From Gammaproteobacteria bacterium (lineage in GTDB: Bacteria > Pseudomonadota > Gammaproteobacteria > Pseudomonadales > JADFDG01), in the NCBI GenBank assembly GCA_046566505.1, contig JBKHWN010000178.1:1-45105 (forward strand): 45,105 nucleotides of DNA. The letters run 5' to 3'. The first letter of the stretch is position 1. Every line of letters begins with the position of its first letter. The position numbers and the translations under genes were made by a program. Shown piece by piece: positions 28,271 to 41,782 of this stretch. The notes under the pieces are model-generated. The model made no database searches and was not told where the DNA came from. It saw nothing but the letters and a program-made list of their open reading frames with translations.

Positions 28271-31102
28271 ATGCAAGACGACATGCAGCGGCAGTGGTCC
28301 AGTTCCCATCTTTTCGGCGGCAACTCCGCGTATGTCGACGGGTTGTATGAGTCCTATCTGGCCGACCCGGCTTCCGTGCCGGAAGACTGGCGCAACTACT
28401 TCGACAAGTTGCCGCGCGTAGCGAGCAACATCGAAGAGGAAATGCCGCACGAGCCGGTACGCAACCACTTCCTGCTCGCCGCAAGAAATTCGACGCGCGT
28501 GCAAAAGTTCAGTGCAAGTGCGGTCAGCACCGAGCACGAGCGCAAGCAGGTCAAGGTCCTGTTGTTGATACAGGCCTACCGAACGCGCGGGCACCAGCAT
28601 GCCGACCTCGACCCGCTGGGGCTGATGGTGCGAGAGCCGGTGCCGGATCTTGACCTCGTGCACCACGGCCTGTCGCAGGCGGACCTCGACACCCTGTTCC
28701 AGACCGGCAACCTCTTCATCGGCAAGCCCGAGGCCACGTTGCGGGAAATTGTCGACTGCCTGAAGCAGACCTACTGCTCGACGGTCGGCGCCGAATACAT
28801 GCACATCACGGAGACCGCCGAGCGGCGCTGGATACAGCAGCGGCTTGAAGGCGTGCGGTCGCACCCGGAGTACAGCCCGGAGATACGCCGTCACCTGCTG
28901 GAGCGGCTGACGGCCGCCGAGGGACTTGAGAACTACCTCGCCGCGCGCTTTCCCGGGACCAAGCGTTTTGGCCTTGAGGGTGGCGAATCGCTGATCCCTT
29001 GCGTCGACGAGATCATCCAGCGTGGCGGCAGTTACGGCCTCAAGGAGGTCGTCCTGGGCATGGCGCACCGTGGTCGCCTGAACGTGCTCGTCAACACCTT
29101 TGGCAAGAATCCCTCGGACCTGTTCAGCGAGTTCGAAGGCAAGCAGACGGTCAAGACCGGCTCGGGCGATGTGAAGTACCACCAGGGGTTCTCGTCAAAC
29201 GTGCTGACCTCCGGCGGCGAAGTCCATCTCGCCATGGCCTTTAACCCGTCGCACCTGGAAATCGTCTCACCCGTTGTCGAAGGCTCGGTGCGTGCACGCC
29301 AGGACCGCCGCAAGGACGCGCGTGGCGACCTGGTCCTGCCCATTCTGATACACGGCGATGCCGCGTTCGCCGGGCAGGGCGTGGTGATGGAAACCTTCCA
29401 GATGTCGCAGACCCGCGGCTATCGCACCGGTGGCACGGTCCACATCATCGTCAACAACCAGGTCGGTTTTACGACCAACCGTCAGGATGATGCGCGCTCC
29501 ACCGAGTACTGCACGGATGTCGCGAAGATGGTGCAGGCGCCGATCTTCCACGTGAATGGTGATGATCCGGAAGCAGTTTATTTCGTTACGCAGATCGCGC
29601 TCGATTACCGGATGGAGTTTCACAAGGATGTCGTCATCGACCTGGTCTGCTACCGGCGTCGTGGCCACAACGAAGCCGATGAACCCAGCGGGACCCAGCC
29701 GTTGATGTACGCGGTGATCAGCAAGTTGCCGCCGACGCGCACGCTCTATGCCACCCGTCTCGCGGAAGCGGGTGTCGTTGATGCCGGAACCGCAGCTTCG
29801 CTGGTGGACGATTACCGCAAGTCGCTGGAGAGCGGCACGCACGTGGTCAAGAGCCTGGTGCGCGAGCCGAATGTCTCGATGTTCGTCAACTGGTCGCCCT
29901 ATGTCGGGCACGAGTACACGGACGACGCCGATACCGGCGTCAATTTGCGCCGCTTGCAGGATCTCGCCTCCCGGCTTGAAAAGGTGCCCGAGGGCTTTGT
30001 GTTGCAGCGGCAGGTCGGAAAGATCATCGAGGATCGTGCGCGCATGACGGCGGGAGCCATGCCCATCAACTGGGGCTATGGGGAAACCATGGCCTACGCA
30101 ACCTTGCTCGACCAGGGTTACGGGGTGCGCATTGCCGGGCAGGATGTTGGTCGCGGCACGTTCTCGCATCGCCACGCCGTCCTGCACAGCCAGAAGGACG
30201 GCAGCAGTCATGTGCCGCTTCGCCACGTTTCGCCGGATCAACCGCCGTTCGAAATCTACGATTCGTTGCTGTCGGAAGAGGCCGTATTGGCGTTCGAGTA
30301 CGGCTACGCAACCACCGCACCAAATTCGCTGATTATCTGGGAAGCCCAGTTTGGCGACTTCGCCAACGGCGCACAGGTGGTGATCGACCAGTTCATTTCA
30401 TCCGGCGAGAACAAGTGGGAGCGACTCTGTGGCCTCACGTTGTTGCTGCCGCACGGCTACGAGGGCCAGGGCCCGGAACATTCTTCCGCTCGTCTTGAAC
30501 GCTTCCTCCAGTTGTGCGCAGAGCACAACATGCAGGTGTGTACGCCCAGCACGCCTGCACAGATTTTTCATCTGCTGCGCAGGCAGGCCATCAGGCCGTT
30601 GCGCAAGCCGCTGGTCGTGATGTCGCCAAAAAGCCTGCTGCGCCACCGCAAGGCCGTATCGACGCTGGAAGAATTGGCCGAGGGTCGATTCCAGACGGTC
30701 CTTGGTGATGCCCAGGTGAAGGATCCCGCCGCCGTCAAGCGTTTGATCCTGTGCGGCGGCAAGGTTTATTTCGATCTGGACGACAAGCGCGAATTGGTGG
30801 GTCGTGATGACGTGGCCATCGTGCGTGTCGAGCAGTTGTACCCGTTCCCGGAAGATCGGCTGGCGCAGGTCATCGCGCCGTACGTCAACCTTGAGCAGGT
30901 CGTCTGGTGCCAGGAAGAACCACAGAACCAGGGCGCCTGGTACTGCAGCCAGCATCACATGCAGGCGGTTGTGCAGCGGCACAATCCTGCGCTGCGCGTC
31001 CGGTATGTAGGGCGTGCGTCCTCTGCCTCGCCGGCGGCCGGGTATCCCGGGCTGCATGCCCGCCAGCAGCAGCAACTGGTTGATGATGCGTTTGATCGCT
31101 GA
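28271..31102 (+). CDS. sucA: 2-oxoglutarate dehydrogenase E1
   Basis: KRFGLEGGE, GMAHRGRLN, GDVKYH, HGDAAFAGQG (ThDP binding) and WEAQFGDF motifs. Confidence 0.98.
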   Translation: MQDDMQRQWSSSHLFGGNSAYVDGLYESYLADPASVPEDWRNYFDKLPRVASNIEEEMPHEPVRNHFLLAARNSTRVQKFSASAVSTEHERKQVKVLLLIQAYRTRGHQHADLDPLGLMVREPVPDLDLVHHGLSQADLDTLFQTGNLFIGKPEATLREIVDCLKQTYCSTVGAEYMHITETAERRWIQQRLEGVRSHPEYSPEIRRHLLERLTAAEGLENYLAARFPGTKRFGLEGGESLIPCVDEIIQRGGSYGLKEVVLGMAHRGRLNVLVNTFGKNPSDLFSEFEGKQTVKTGSGDVKYHQGFSSNVLTSGGEVHLAMAFNPSHLEIVSPVVEGSVRARQDRRKDARGDLVLPILIHGDAAFAGQGVVMETFQMSQTRGYRTGGTVHIIVNNQVGFTTNRQDDARSTEYCTDVAKMVQAPIFHVNGDDPEAVYFVTQIALDYRMEFHKDVVIDLVCYRRRGHNEADEPSGTQPLMYAVISKLPPTRTLYATRLAEAGVVDAGTAASLVDDYRKSLESGTHVVKSLVREPNVSMFVNWSPYVGHEYTDDADTGVNLRRLQDLASRLEKVPEGFVLQRQVGKIIEDRARMTAGAMPINWGYGETMAYATLLDQGYGVRIAGQDVGRGTFSHRHAVLHSQKDGSSHVPLRHVSPDQPPFEIYDSLLSEEAVLAFEYGYATTAPNSLIIWEAQFGDFANGAQVVIDQFISSGENKWERLCGLTLLLPHGYEGQGPEHSSARLERFLQLCAEHNMQVCTPSTPAQIFHLLRRQAIRPLRKPLVVMSPKSLLRHRKAVSTLEELAEGRFQTVLGDAQVKDPAAVKRLILCGGKVYFDLDDKRELVGRDDVAIVRVEQLYPFPEDRLAQVIAPYVNLEQVVWCQEEPQNQGAWYCSQHHMQAVVQRHNPALRVRYVGRASSASPAAGYPGLHARQQQQLVDDAFDR

Positions 31103-31164
31103 TGCTGCAGCAGTACAGGTATTTGTTATGAACCGACAGACAACAGAGCAAAAGGAAACCGGGC

Positions 31165-32382
31165 ATGGCAACTGAAATCAAGGCCCCGCAATTTCCCGAG
31201 TCGGTCGCCGATGGAACCATCGCGACCTGGCACAAGAAGGTGGGTGAGCCAGTCGCACGCGACGAGCTGATTGTCGACATCGAGACCGACAAGGTGGTGC
31301 TCGAGGTGGTCGCCCCTGCAGATGGCGTGCTGACGCAGATTGTGCGCAACGCCGGTGATACGGTGAAGTCCCAGGAGTTGCTGGCACTGTTCGAGGCCGG
31401 TGGTGCTGCAACGGCAGCGGCTTCCGAAATGTCCGCAGTTGCATCGGTGGCTGCCAGGCCCGGTGCCGAACCCGTGGCCGGTCCTGCTGCCCGCAAGGCG
31501 GCCGCCGAAGCGAAGGTAGACCTGGGTGCCGTTCAGGGCACCGGCAGGGGTGGGCGTGTCACGAAGGAAGATGTACGGCGCCAGCAGCAGCCCTCCGTTA
31601 CGGCGGCAGGGGAGGCCCCGGCCGGCAGGCCGCAGCCGTCCTCGCCGGTGGTCCCGCAGCCGTTACCGATGCCTGCCGGGGATCGCGAGGAGCGCCGTGT
31701 CCCGATGACGCGCTTGCGCAAGCGCGTTGCCGAGAGGCTCGTGGAGGCCCAGGCAACCGCCGCCATGTTGACCACGTTCAACGAGGTCAACATGAAGCCC
31801 GTCATGGACATGCGCAAGAACTACCAGGCGCAGTTCGAGAAGATGCATGGCGTGAAGCTGGGGTTCATGTCCTTCTTCGTGCGTGCAGTCGTCGAGTCGC
31901 TCAAGCGATTCCCCAGTGTCAATGCGTCCATCGATGGCGACGACATCGTCTACCACGGTTATTACGACATCGGCATTGCCGTATCGTCGGATCGCGGGTT
32001 GGTGGTGCCCATCCTCCGTGATGCCAACAACAAGGGATTCGCCGAGATTGAGAGCAACATCATCAGTTACGGCCAGAAGGCGCGTGAAGGCAAGCTGGCA
32101 ATCGAGGACATGACAGGCGGAACCTTCTCCATCACGAATGGAGGAGTCTTTGGCTCGTTGCTGTCGACGCCGATCCTGAATCCGCCGCAGACTGCGATCC
32201 TCGGCATGCACAAGATCCAGGATCGCCCGATGGCCGTGAATGGCCAGGTAGTCATCCTGCCCATGATGTACCTCGCGCTGACCTACGATCACCGGCTCAT
32301 CGACGGCAAGGAGGCAGTCAGCTTCCTGGTATCCGTCAAGGACCTGATCGAGGACCCGGCACGTCTGCTGCTTGATCTCTGA
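31165..32382 (+). CDS. sucB: dihydrolipoamide succinyltransferase E2
   Basis: Lipoyl motif IETDKV, E3-binding GTGRGGRV, and catalytic DHRLIDG. Confidence 0.98.
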   Translation: MATEIKAPQFPESVADGTIATWHKKVGEPVARDELIVDIETDKVVLEVVAPADGVLTQIVRNAGDTVKSQELLALFEAGGAATAAASEMSAVASVAARPGAEPVAGPAARKAAAEAKVDLGAVQGTGRGGRVTKEDVRRQQQPSVTAAGEAPAGRPQPSSPVVPQPLPMPAGDREERRVPMTRLRKRVAERLVEAQATAAMLTTFNEVNMKPVMDMRKNYQAQFEKMHGVKLGFMSFFVRAVVESLKRFPSVNASIDGDDIVYHGYYDIGIAVSSDRGLVVPILRDANNKGFAEIESNIISYGQKAREGKLAIEDMTGGTFSITNGGVFGSLLSTPILNPPQTAILGMHKIQDRPMAVNGQVVILPMMYLALTYDHRLIDGKEAVSFLVSVKDLIEDPARLLLDL

Positions 32383-32403
32383 ATTGCTTTTCTAATGCGG
32401 TAA

Positions 32404-33855
<1,452 letters not shown>

Positions 33856-33873
33856 CTCGCTAGTGTTCAACAA

Positions 33874-33919
33874 GTCCGGTCGTAGCCGGATGTCGTATTT
33901 CGTCCGGCAAGTGCCGGAT
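33874..33919. repeat. two similar 18-nt hairpin units between lpdA and sucC
   Basis: GTCCGGTCGTAGCCGGAT (33874) and GTCCGGCAAGTGCCGGAT (33902), 28 bp apart. Confidence 0.55.
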
Positions 33920-33939
33920 CTTCAGAAGGAAGACGCTCG

Positions 33940-35106
33940 ATGAATCTCCATGAATACCAGGGTAAACAACTGTTTCGCGAATATGGGTTGCCAGTCTCAC
34001 GCGGTTTCGCATGCACCACACCCGAGGAAGTTGCGCTGCGGGCCCGCGAAATTGGCGGCGACAAGTGGGTCGTCAAGGCACAGGTGCATGCCGGTGGGCG
34101 GGGCAAGGCGGGTGGTGTAAAGCTGGTCACCACCCCGGAGGCTGCTGCTGACTTTGCGCGCCAGTGGCTGGGAAAGAACCTGGTGACTTACCAGACGGAT
34201 GCCAGCGGGCAGCCGGTGGGCAAGATCCTGGTGGAGGAATGTACCGACATCGGACGTGAGCTCTACCTGGGTGCCGTGATTGACCGGTCATCGCGACGGG
34301 TTGTCTTCATGGCGTCAACGGAAGGCGGCGTCGAGATCGAGAAGGTTGCGCACGAGACACCGGAGAAGATCCTCAAGGTCGCCATCGACCCGCTGGTAGG
34401 TGCCCAGCCCTTCCAGGGGCGTGAGCTGGCATTCAAGCTGGGCCTCACGGGCGAGCAGGTCAAGCAGTTCGTGGGCATCTACCTTGGCCTTGCCAAGCTG
34501 TTTGTCGAGAAGGACCTGGCACTGCTCGAGATCAACCCGCTCGTGGTCAAGGCGGATGGAAACCTTCACTGCCTGGATGCCAAGATCGGCATCGATGGTA
34601 ATGCGCTTTACCGGCAGCCGGCGCTGCGGGAAATGCATGACCCGTCGCAGGAAGATGCCCGCGAGCGCGAGGCTGCCAAGTGGGACCTCAACTATGTGGC
34701 CCTCGACGGCAATATCGGTTGCATGGTCAATGGTGCCGGCCTCGCGATGGCCACGATGGACTTGATCAAGTTGCATGGCGGCAACCCGTCGAACTTCCTT
34801 GATGTCGGTGGTGGCGCAACGAAGGAGCGGGTCACTGCAGCCTTCAAGATCATTCTTGCCGATGCTGCAGTGAAGGGTGTGTTGATCAACATCTTCGGCG
34901 GTATCGTGCGCTGCGACATGATTGCCGAAGGTGTGATTGCCGCCGTCAGGGATGTTGGCGTTACGGTGCCGGTCGTGGTTCGCCTTGAGGGCAACAATGC
35001 CGATCTGGGTGCCCGGAAGCTGGCCGAAAGCGGCCTGAACATTGTTGCTGCCAGCGGTTTTGATGATGCAGCACGTCGCATCGTCGCGGCAGTGAAAGGA
35101 GCCTGA
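33940..35106 (+). CDS. sucC: succinyl-CoA synthetase beta subunit
   Basis: [34 protein letters not shown] and NFLDVGGG motifs. Confidence 0.98.
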   Translation: MNLHEYQGKQLFREYGLPVSRGFACTTPEEVALRAREIGGDKWVVKAQVHAGGRGKAGGVKLVTTPEAAADFARQWLGKNLVTYQTDASGQPVGKILVEECTDIGRELYLGAVIDRSSRRVVFMASTEGGVEIEKVAHETPEKILKVAIDPLVGAQPFQGRELAFKLGLTGEQVKQFVGIYLGLAKLFVEKDLALLEINPLVVKADGNLHCLDAKIGIDGNALYRQPALREMHDPSQEDAREREAAKWDLNYVALDGNIGCMVNGAGLAMATMDLIKLHGGNPSNFLDVGGGATKERVTAAFKIILADAAVKGVLINIFGGIVRCDMIAEGVIAAVRDVGVTVPVVVRLEGNNADLGARKLAESGLNIVAASGFDDAARRIVAAVKGA

Positions 35107-35110
35107 TGCC

Positions 35111-35989
35111 ATGAGCGTATTGGTCAACAAGAACACCAAGGTTATTTGCCAGGGCATCACCGGTTCCCAGGGCACGTTGCATACCGAGCAGTCGATTGCC
35201 TACGGGACAAAAATGGTTGGCGGTGTTACGCCAGGCAAGGGGGGCAGCAAGCACCTGGGCCTGCCGGTATTCAACACCGTCAAGGATGCCGTGGAAGCCA
35301 CGGGCGCTGATGCCAGCGTGATCTACGTGCCAGCCGCCTTTTGCAAGGACTCGATACTTGAGGCTGTAGATGGCGGCGTGAAGCTGGTCGTCTGCATCAC
35401 CGAGGGCATCCCGACACTGGACATGCTCTACGTGAAGCAATACATCGCCGAGCGTGGTGATGTGCGCCTTATCGGCCCGAACTGTCCCGGCGTGATCACC
35501 CCGGGTGAGTGCAAGATCGGCATCATGCCGGGCCACATCCACAAGCCGGGCAAGGTTGGGATCGTTTCCCGTTCGGGCACGTTGACATACGAAGCGGTGG
35601 CGCAGACGACTGCGCTGGGTTACGGGCAGAGCACCTGTATTGGTATCGGCGGCGACCCCATTCCCGGCACCACGCATATCGATGCGCTGAGGATGTTCCA
35701 GGATGACCCTCAAACCGAGGCCATCATCATGGTCGGCGAGATTGGTGGCAGCGCGGAGGAAGAGGCTGCGGCATTCATCAAGGCGTATGTAAAGAAGCCG
35801 GTAGTTTCGTATATCGCCGGGGTTACGGCGCCTGCCGGCAAGCGCATGGGGCACGCCGGGGCTATTATCGCCGGCGGCAAGGGGACTGCGGCCGAGAAGT
35901 TTGCCGCTCTCGAGGCGGCCGGCGTGAAAACGGTGCGCAACCCGGCCGAAATCGGGCTTGCCTTGCGGGAAACCACTGGCTGGAAGTGA
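35111..35989 (+). CDS. sucD: succinyl-CoA synthetase alpha subunit
   Basis: [26 protein letters not shown] and RMGHAGA (phospho-His) motifs. Confidence 0.98.
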   Translation: MSVLVNKNTKVICQGITGSQGTLHTEQSIAYGTKMVGGVTPGKGGSKHLGLPVFNTVKDAVEATGADASVIYVPAAFCKDSILEAVDGGVKLVVCITEGIPTLDMLYVKQYIAERGDVRLIGPNCPGVITPGECKIGIMPGHIHKPGKVGIVSRSGTLTYEAVAQTTALGYGQSTCIGIGGDPIPGTTHIDALRMFQDDPQTEAIIMVGEIGGSAEEEAAAFIKAYVKKPVVSYIAGVTAPAGKRMGHAGAIIAGGKGTAAEKFAALEAAGVKTVRNPAEIGLALRETTGWK

Positions 35990-36005
35990 CAGCAGGCGCC
36001 GGCGG

Positions 36006-36035
36006 AAAAAAGGAGGCCGACAGGCCTCCTTTTTT
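36006..36035. terminator. bidirectional rho-independent terminator
   Basis: AAAAAAGGAGGCC-GACA-GGCCTCCTTTTTT between convergent genes. Confidence 0.92.
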
Positions 36036-36039
36036 GTGA

Positions 36040-36267
36040 TCAGTGCAGGCGTCGCGGCCGTTCGTCCTCGAACTCGAAGGAGTCGTAGTCGCCCAGCATC
36101 TGCTTGAGCCGACGTTGCTCGATCAGGTCCTCGATTTTCAGCCGGGTTTCCAGTTTGCTTCGTGGTGGCGTGACTGGCTCGACGATGGCATCCCCGAAAT
36201 CGGGAGCTTCGTCACCCAGCCAGGGATCTGCTTCTTCGTCTTCGGGCTTGCTCTGGTTCTTCGCCAT
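36040..36267 (-). CDS. small acidic protein, PA3496-like family
   Basis: 75 aa; acidic N-terminus and RLKIEDLIEQRRLKQMLGDYD; ends at the terminator. A possible promoter TTGTAT-N16-TAACAT lies at 36375-36348. Confidence 0.75.
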   Translation of the reverse strand: MAKNQSKPEDEEADPWLGDEAPDFGDAIVEPVTPPRSKLETRLKIEDLIEQRRLKQMLGDYDSFEFEDERPRRLH

Positions 36268-36658
36268 TTTTTACACCCCGTCGTCAGCGAAAGTGTCTAA
36301 AGCCTGATAAGTGGGCGGGGTGGAATATCCCCCGCAACAGCGACTCGATGTTAGGACTTTCATTGTCGTATACAAGAGGGTGTTTCCCCGGTTCACCCGA
36401 TGTCGGCCTGTGGGTAGCCTGGTTTGTGACCGGTTTCGCGAATGGGACCCCGGCATGTGGCAAAGGCATTCGCGCTGTTGCCCCACGCCGGCAGCCGGAC
36501 AGGAGGTGTCCCCGCCGGCCCGCAAGGTGATGGACGGGGCGCAGGCCATGAGTGCATCCGGCCCGTTGTCCAGATGCAGGAAAAGGACTGTTGCCGGTGC
36601 TGGATGTGCCGGGACGTCCTGGAAAAACGGGATAGTGCAATCGGCATGAAAACTCGCG

Positions 36659-36686
36659 TTGACAGCGACTGTCTTTTCATTAGAAT
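36659..36686 (+). promoter_or_regulatory. sigma70 promoter of tRNA-Val/Asp (TTGACA-N16-TAGAAT)
   Basis: Consensus -35, a -10, and the GC-rich discriminator GGCGCCC. Confidence 0.85.
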
Positions 36687-36699
36687 GGCGCCCTCTTTC

Positions 36700-36775
36700 G
36701 GGTGGTTAGCTCAGCTGGGAGAGCATCAGCCTTACAAGCTGAGGGTCACAGGTTCGATCCCTGTACCACCCACCA
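36700..36775 (+). tRNA. tRNA-Val (anticodon TAC)
   Basis: GGGTGGT...ACCACCC ACCA cloverleaf; anticodon loop CTTACAA. Confidence 0.98.
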
Positions 36776-36782
36776 AAGACTC

Positions 36783-36859
36783 GGAGCGGTAGTTCAGTCG
36801 GTTAGAATACCGGCCTGTCACGCCGGGGGTCGCGGGTTCGAGTCCCGTCCGCTCCGCCA
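36783..36859 (+). tRNA. tRNA-Asp (anticodon GTC)
   Basis: GGAGCGG...CCGCTCC GCCA cloverleaf; anticodon loop CTGTCAC. Confidence 0.98.
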
Positions 36860-36870
36860 TCTCGGAAAGG

Positions 36871-36904
36871 CAAAAACGCCGCGCTTTGCGCGGCGTTTTT
36901 GTTT
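36871..36904. terminator. bidirectional terminator between the tRNAs and araC
   Basis: CAAAAACGCCGCGC-TTT-GCGCGGCGTTTTTG. Confidence 0.9.
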
Positions 36905-36922
36905 CCGGCGTTTGCCAGGTGG

Positions 36923-37918
36923 TTACGAGTCCCTGCGCAGCGAGCGCCGGTATCCCCCGGGAGTGGCGCCCGTCCAGCGCTTGAATGCCCTCTGGAAAGC
37001 GCCTGGTGTCGAGAATCCGAGGATATAGGCAACCTCCCCGAGGCTGAGGCCCATGTCCTTCATGTAGGCCAGGGCGAGGTCCCGTCGCATCTCGTCGAGC
37101 AGTTCCTGGAAAGATGTGCCCTCGTCGCGGAGTTTGCGGCGCAACGTCCAGCTTGCCATGCCCAGCGCGCCGGCAACGTCCTCCAGCGCAGGGGTGTTGC
37201 CGGACAGCATGGGCCCCAGGACTTTCTGTACGCGTGCACGAAACAGGCTTTCGTTGTCGAGTTGCCGCAGGTTTTTTTCGCAAATGGCGACCAGCTCGGC
37301 GTGCAGCGTCGGCTCGTGCGTGAGCAATGGACGACTCGCTGCGTTTCCCCGCAGCACGACGGCATTCTCATCGCAGGCGAAAAGAACCGGGCAAGGAAAG
37401 AGATCCGGGTAACGGGCATGGTAGTCGGGCGCAGCGAACTCAATGTGCACCTCGCGCAAAGCATCCGCACCAACGCAATCGACAATGACGCGGCACCATA
37501 GGGCAAGCATCGCATCAACAATGAAACGCGAGTATGTGTTGTATGGGGCAACGCTGTAGAAGGAGAGTTTGTTTTCGGATGGAATCCAGCGGGACTGCCC
37601 GCGATAACTGCGTACCGATAGTGGCTCATACCGGGTCAGTAATGTGAGCGCCTCGCCCAGCGTGGGCGCGCTGATGACGGCCAGCCCGCTGAAGCCGAGG
37701 TGCGTTGGCCCGGTCACCGAGGCAATTTCCAGGCCCAGGTCTCCTCGTCCGGAGAGCGAAATGGCTGATTGTCCGAGGCGGCAGTAATCCAGTAACGCCA
37801 CCCTCTCTTCGTCTGCGGGGGGCAGGGCCGTGGCCAGTCGCGCTCTGGGTACGCCGAGCCTTTCCGCGGCTACCAGCAAGCGGTCCAGGGATGCGCGGGT
37901 GAGGTCGCCTGCCTGCAT
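36923..37918 (-). CDS. AraC family transcriptional regulator (OruR/Arabinose_bd_2 type)
   Basis: C-terminal HTH: VAGALGMASWTLRRKLRDEG...LGEVAYILGFSTPGAFQRAFKRWTGATP. Divergent from fadH. Confidence 0.93.
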   Translation of the reverse strand: MQAGDLTRASLDRLLVAAERLGVPRARLATALPPADEERVALLDYCRLGQSAISLSGRGDLGLEIASVTGPTHLGFSGLAVISAPTLGEALTLLTRYEPLSVRSYRGQSRWIPSENKLSFYSVAPYNTYSRFIVDAMLALWCRVIVDCVGADALREVHIEFAAPDYHARYPDLFPCPVLFACDENAVVLRGNAASRPLLTHEPTLHAELVAICEKNLRQLDNESLFRARVQKVLGPMLSGNTPALEDVAGALGMASWTLRRKLRDEGTSFQELLDEMRRDLALAYMKDMGLSLGEVAYILGFSTPGAFQRAFKRWTGATPGGYRRSLRRDS

Positions 37919-37961
37919 GGCGTACTCCGGGTTGGCCTTGTGCCCGAACGGGCCATCATTC

Positions 37962-40086
<2,125 letters not shown>

Positions 40087-40103
40087 CGTTCCATGCACCA
40101 ACG

Positions 40104-40141
40104 GAAGGGCCTGCCGGGTGACCGGTGGGCCCTTTCTTTTT
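40104..40141 (+). terminator. terminator after fadH
   Basis: GAAGGGCCTGCCGG...CCGGTGGGCCCTTTC followed by TTTTT. Confidence 0.75.
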
Positions 40142-40292
40142 GGGGCATCCGGGACTCCCGGAGCGTGCCCCGGGGGAATGTGTGGAGCAAGTCGCACAAA
40201 GCCGCCTGAAACGTGGTTGGCACGGCTCACTGCGGGTGACAATATGCGTCACAGTTTTATTCATTGTGACAACTGGGAAAGCGGACCTGCCC

Positions 40293-41762
40293 ATGAGTTA
40301 TGCAACGGGAAACCAGTCGGAAATCGTTCTGTTCTTTGGCGCGGGAGCGGTCGCCAAGGGCCTGCTCTACAGCGACTTCGAGGCGGTGCTTGATGGTGTG
40401 GTCGGAATGCAGGAGTTCGCCGGCCATGAGATGAAGGCTGCCTATGCGACGGTCAACAACCGGCATCAGGTCACGGGGTTGGTCTTGTTCACGATCAGCT
40501 TCGACGAAGGGGGTGTAGCCGACCGGACCTGGAATATTCCGATCCGGCACATGGTGGAGAAGGCGGATCGGGGCCCGGACCTGGGTGCCGGTCCCATCCG
40601 CCTTGCCTGCCGTAGCCAGTGCCCCATCAGTTGGCATCAGGAGCAGCTTTGGGATCCGAACATGCGGCCCGGCGAAAATGACTTCGTGTTCGTACGCGAT
40701 TTTGTGCGGGATCGGGGCCATTACCTGGGGCTGCCCTATTCAGACGAGCCCGATCCCGTTCCGCTCATTTCGCCCGCCCAGTTTGCGGCGCCCCTGCCGC
40801 CAGCAGCGAGCGTTGCCGGAGCGGTGCCGGTGGTGCCTGTCGTTCACGCCGTACCGCCGCCCGTAATACACACTATCCCTGTGGCAACGGCGTCCGTTCC
40901 CGTTGTGGCCGCCTCGATTGACGGTAGCCTGGATATTCTCGACCAGTTGCGCGAGGAACGGGTGAAGCTGGCTCGCACCATCAAGGACCTGCGGCTCCAG
41001 ATCACGACAACGGAAGCGCAGCAAGCGGAGGAAATCGCGAAACTCAACTATGCCTACCAGCAGAAAGAGGAAATCCTCAACAGCCAGCTTGAAAAGGTGC
41101 TGTCGCAGTTCCAGTCCCTGAAGGCGCAGAACGCCGCCTTGCGCGAACAATCAAACGCCCAGCGGGCACAGATTGATTCACTGCACGATGCCCTGGATCG
41201 CCACGTTGATGATGCCGCCAACGGCGAATCCCAGGTGGAGGAGGTTCGTCGACAGGTTGAGCTTGAGATGAATCAGCGCATGGAGGAAGAGACGGCCAGG
41301 TTGCGAGAGGAAATACATGTCCGTGAAATGGATATCATCAGTCGCGACGAAAAAATCCAGGCGCTGAAGGAAGAGCTGGTCGAAGCGCGTTCGAGTCAGA
41401 TGGCCTCACAGGAGGCCGGTGCGGACAAGTTTCTGGAGAAGCTGGAGAAGCTTGGTGTCAACTTTATTGCTTTCCACCCGGGGGCAGGGCACATCTCTAT
41501 CCAGTTCAAGAACATACAGAGGTACGTGGATAATCCCCTGGCATATGCAGCGGAGAAATGCCTCGTCACGGAAGACCGGTACCGGGCATGGCTTGCGCAT
41601 TATGAAAATCCGGTTTGCACCCTTGTGAAGGCAGACGGAAAGCCCTGCGGGGCACGTCTGATCCGGGTTGATGTACCGAGCAAGTTCAAGCCCGGCGACT
41701 CCGACGTTTGTGCGAAATGCCAGGGTGACAAGAATATCGCCAACGTCCTGGCGTTCCGCTGA
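40293..41762 (+). CDS. uncharacterised protein: globular N-domain, Pro/Val linker, long coiled coil, Cys-rich C-domain
   Basis: GPDLGAGPIRLACRSQCP motif; heptad-rich middle section; C-terminal HPGAGH...C...CG...CAKC. No Walker A motif. Confidence 0.8.
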   Translation: MSYATGNQSEIVLFFGAGAVAKGLLYSDFEAVLDGVVGMQEFAGHEMKAAYATVNNRHQVTGLVLFTISFDEGGVADRTWNIPIRHMVEKADRGPDLGAGPIRLACRSQCPISWHQEQLWDPNMRPGENDFVFVRDFVRDRGHYLGLPYSDEPDPVPLISPAQFAAPLPPAASVAGAVPVVPVVHAVPPPVIHTIPVATASVPVVAASIDGSLDILDQLREERVKLARTIKDLRLQITTTEAQQAEEIAKLNYAYQQKEEILNSQLEKVLSQFQSLKAQNAALREQSNAQRAQIDSLHDALDRHVDDAANGESQVEEVRRQVELEMNQRMEEETARLREEIHVREMDIISRDEKIQALKEELVEARSSQMASQEAGADKFLEKLEKLGVNFIAFHPGAGHISIQFKNIQRYVDNPLAYAAEKCLVTEDRYRAWLAHYENPVCTLVKADGKPCGARLIRVDVPSKFKPGDSDVCAKCQGDKNIANVLAFR

Positions 41763-41782
41763 GTCGTTTACAGGAAGCCGAC

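Noticed and set aside
40218-40233. Sigma54 promoter TGGCACGGCTCACTGC
   Set aside because: The GG-to-GC spacing is 11 nt rather than the required 10.
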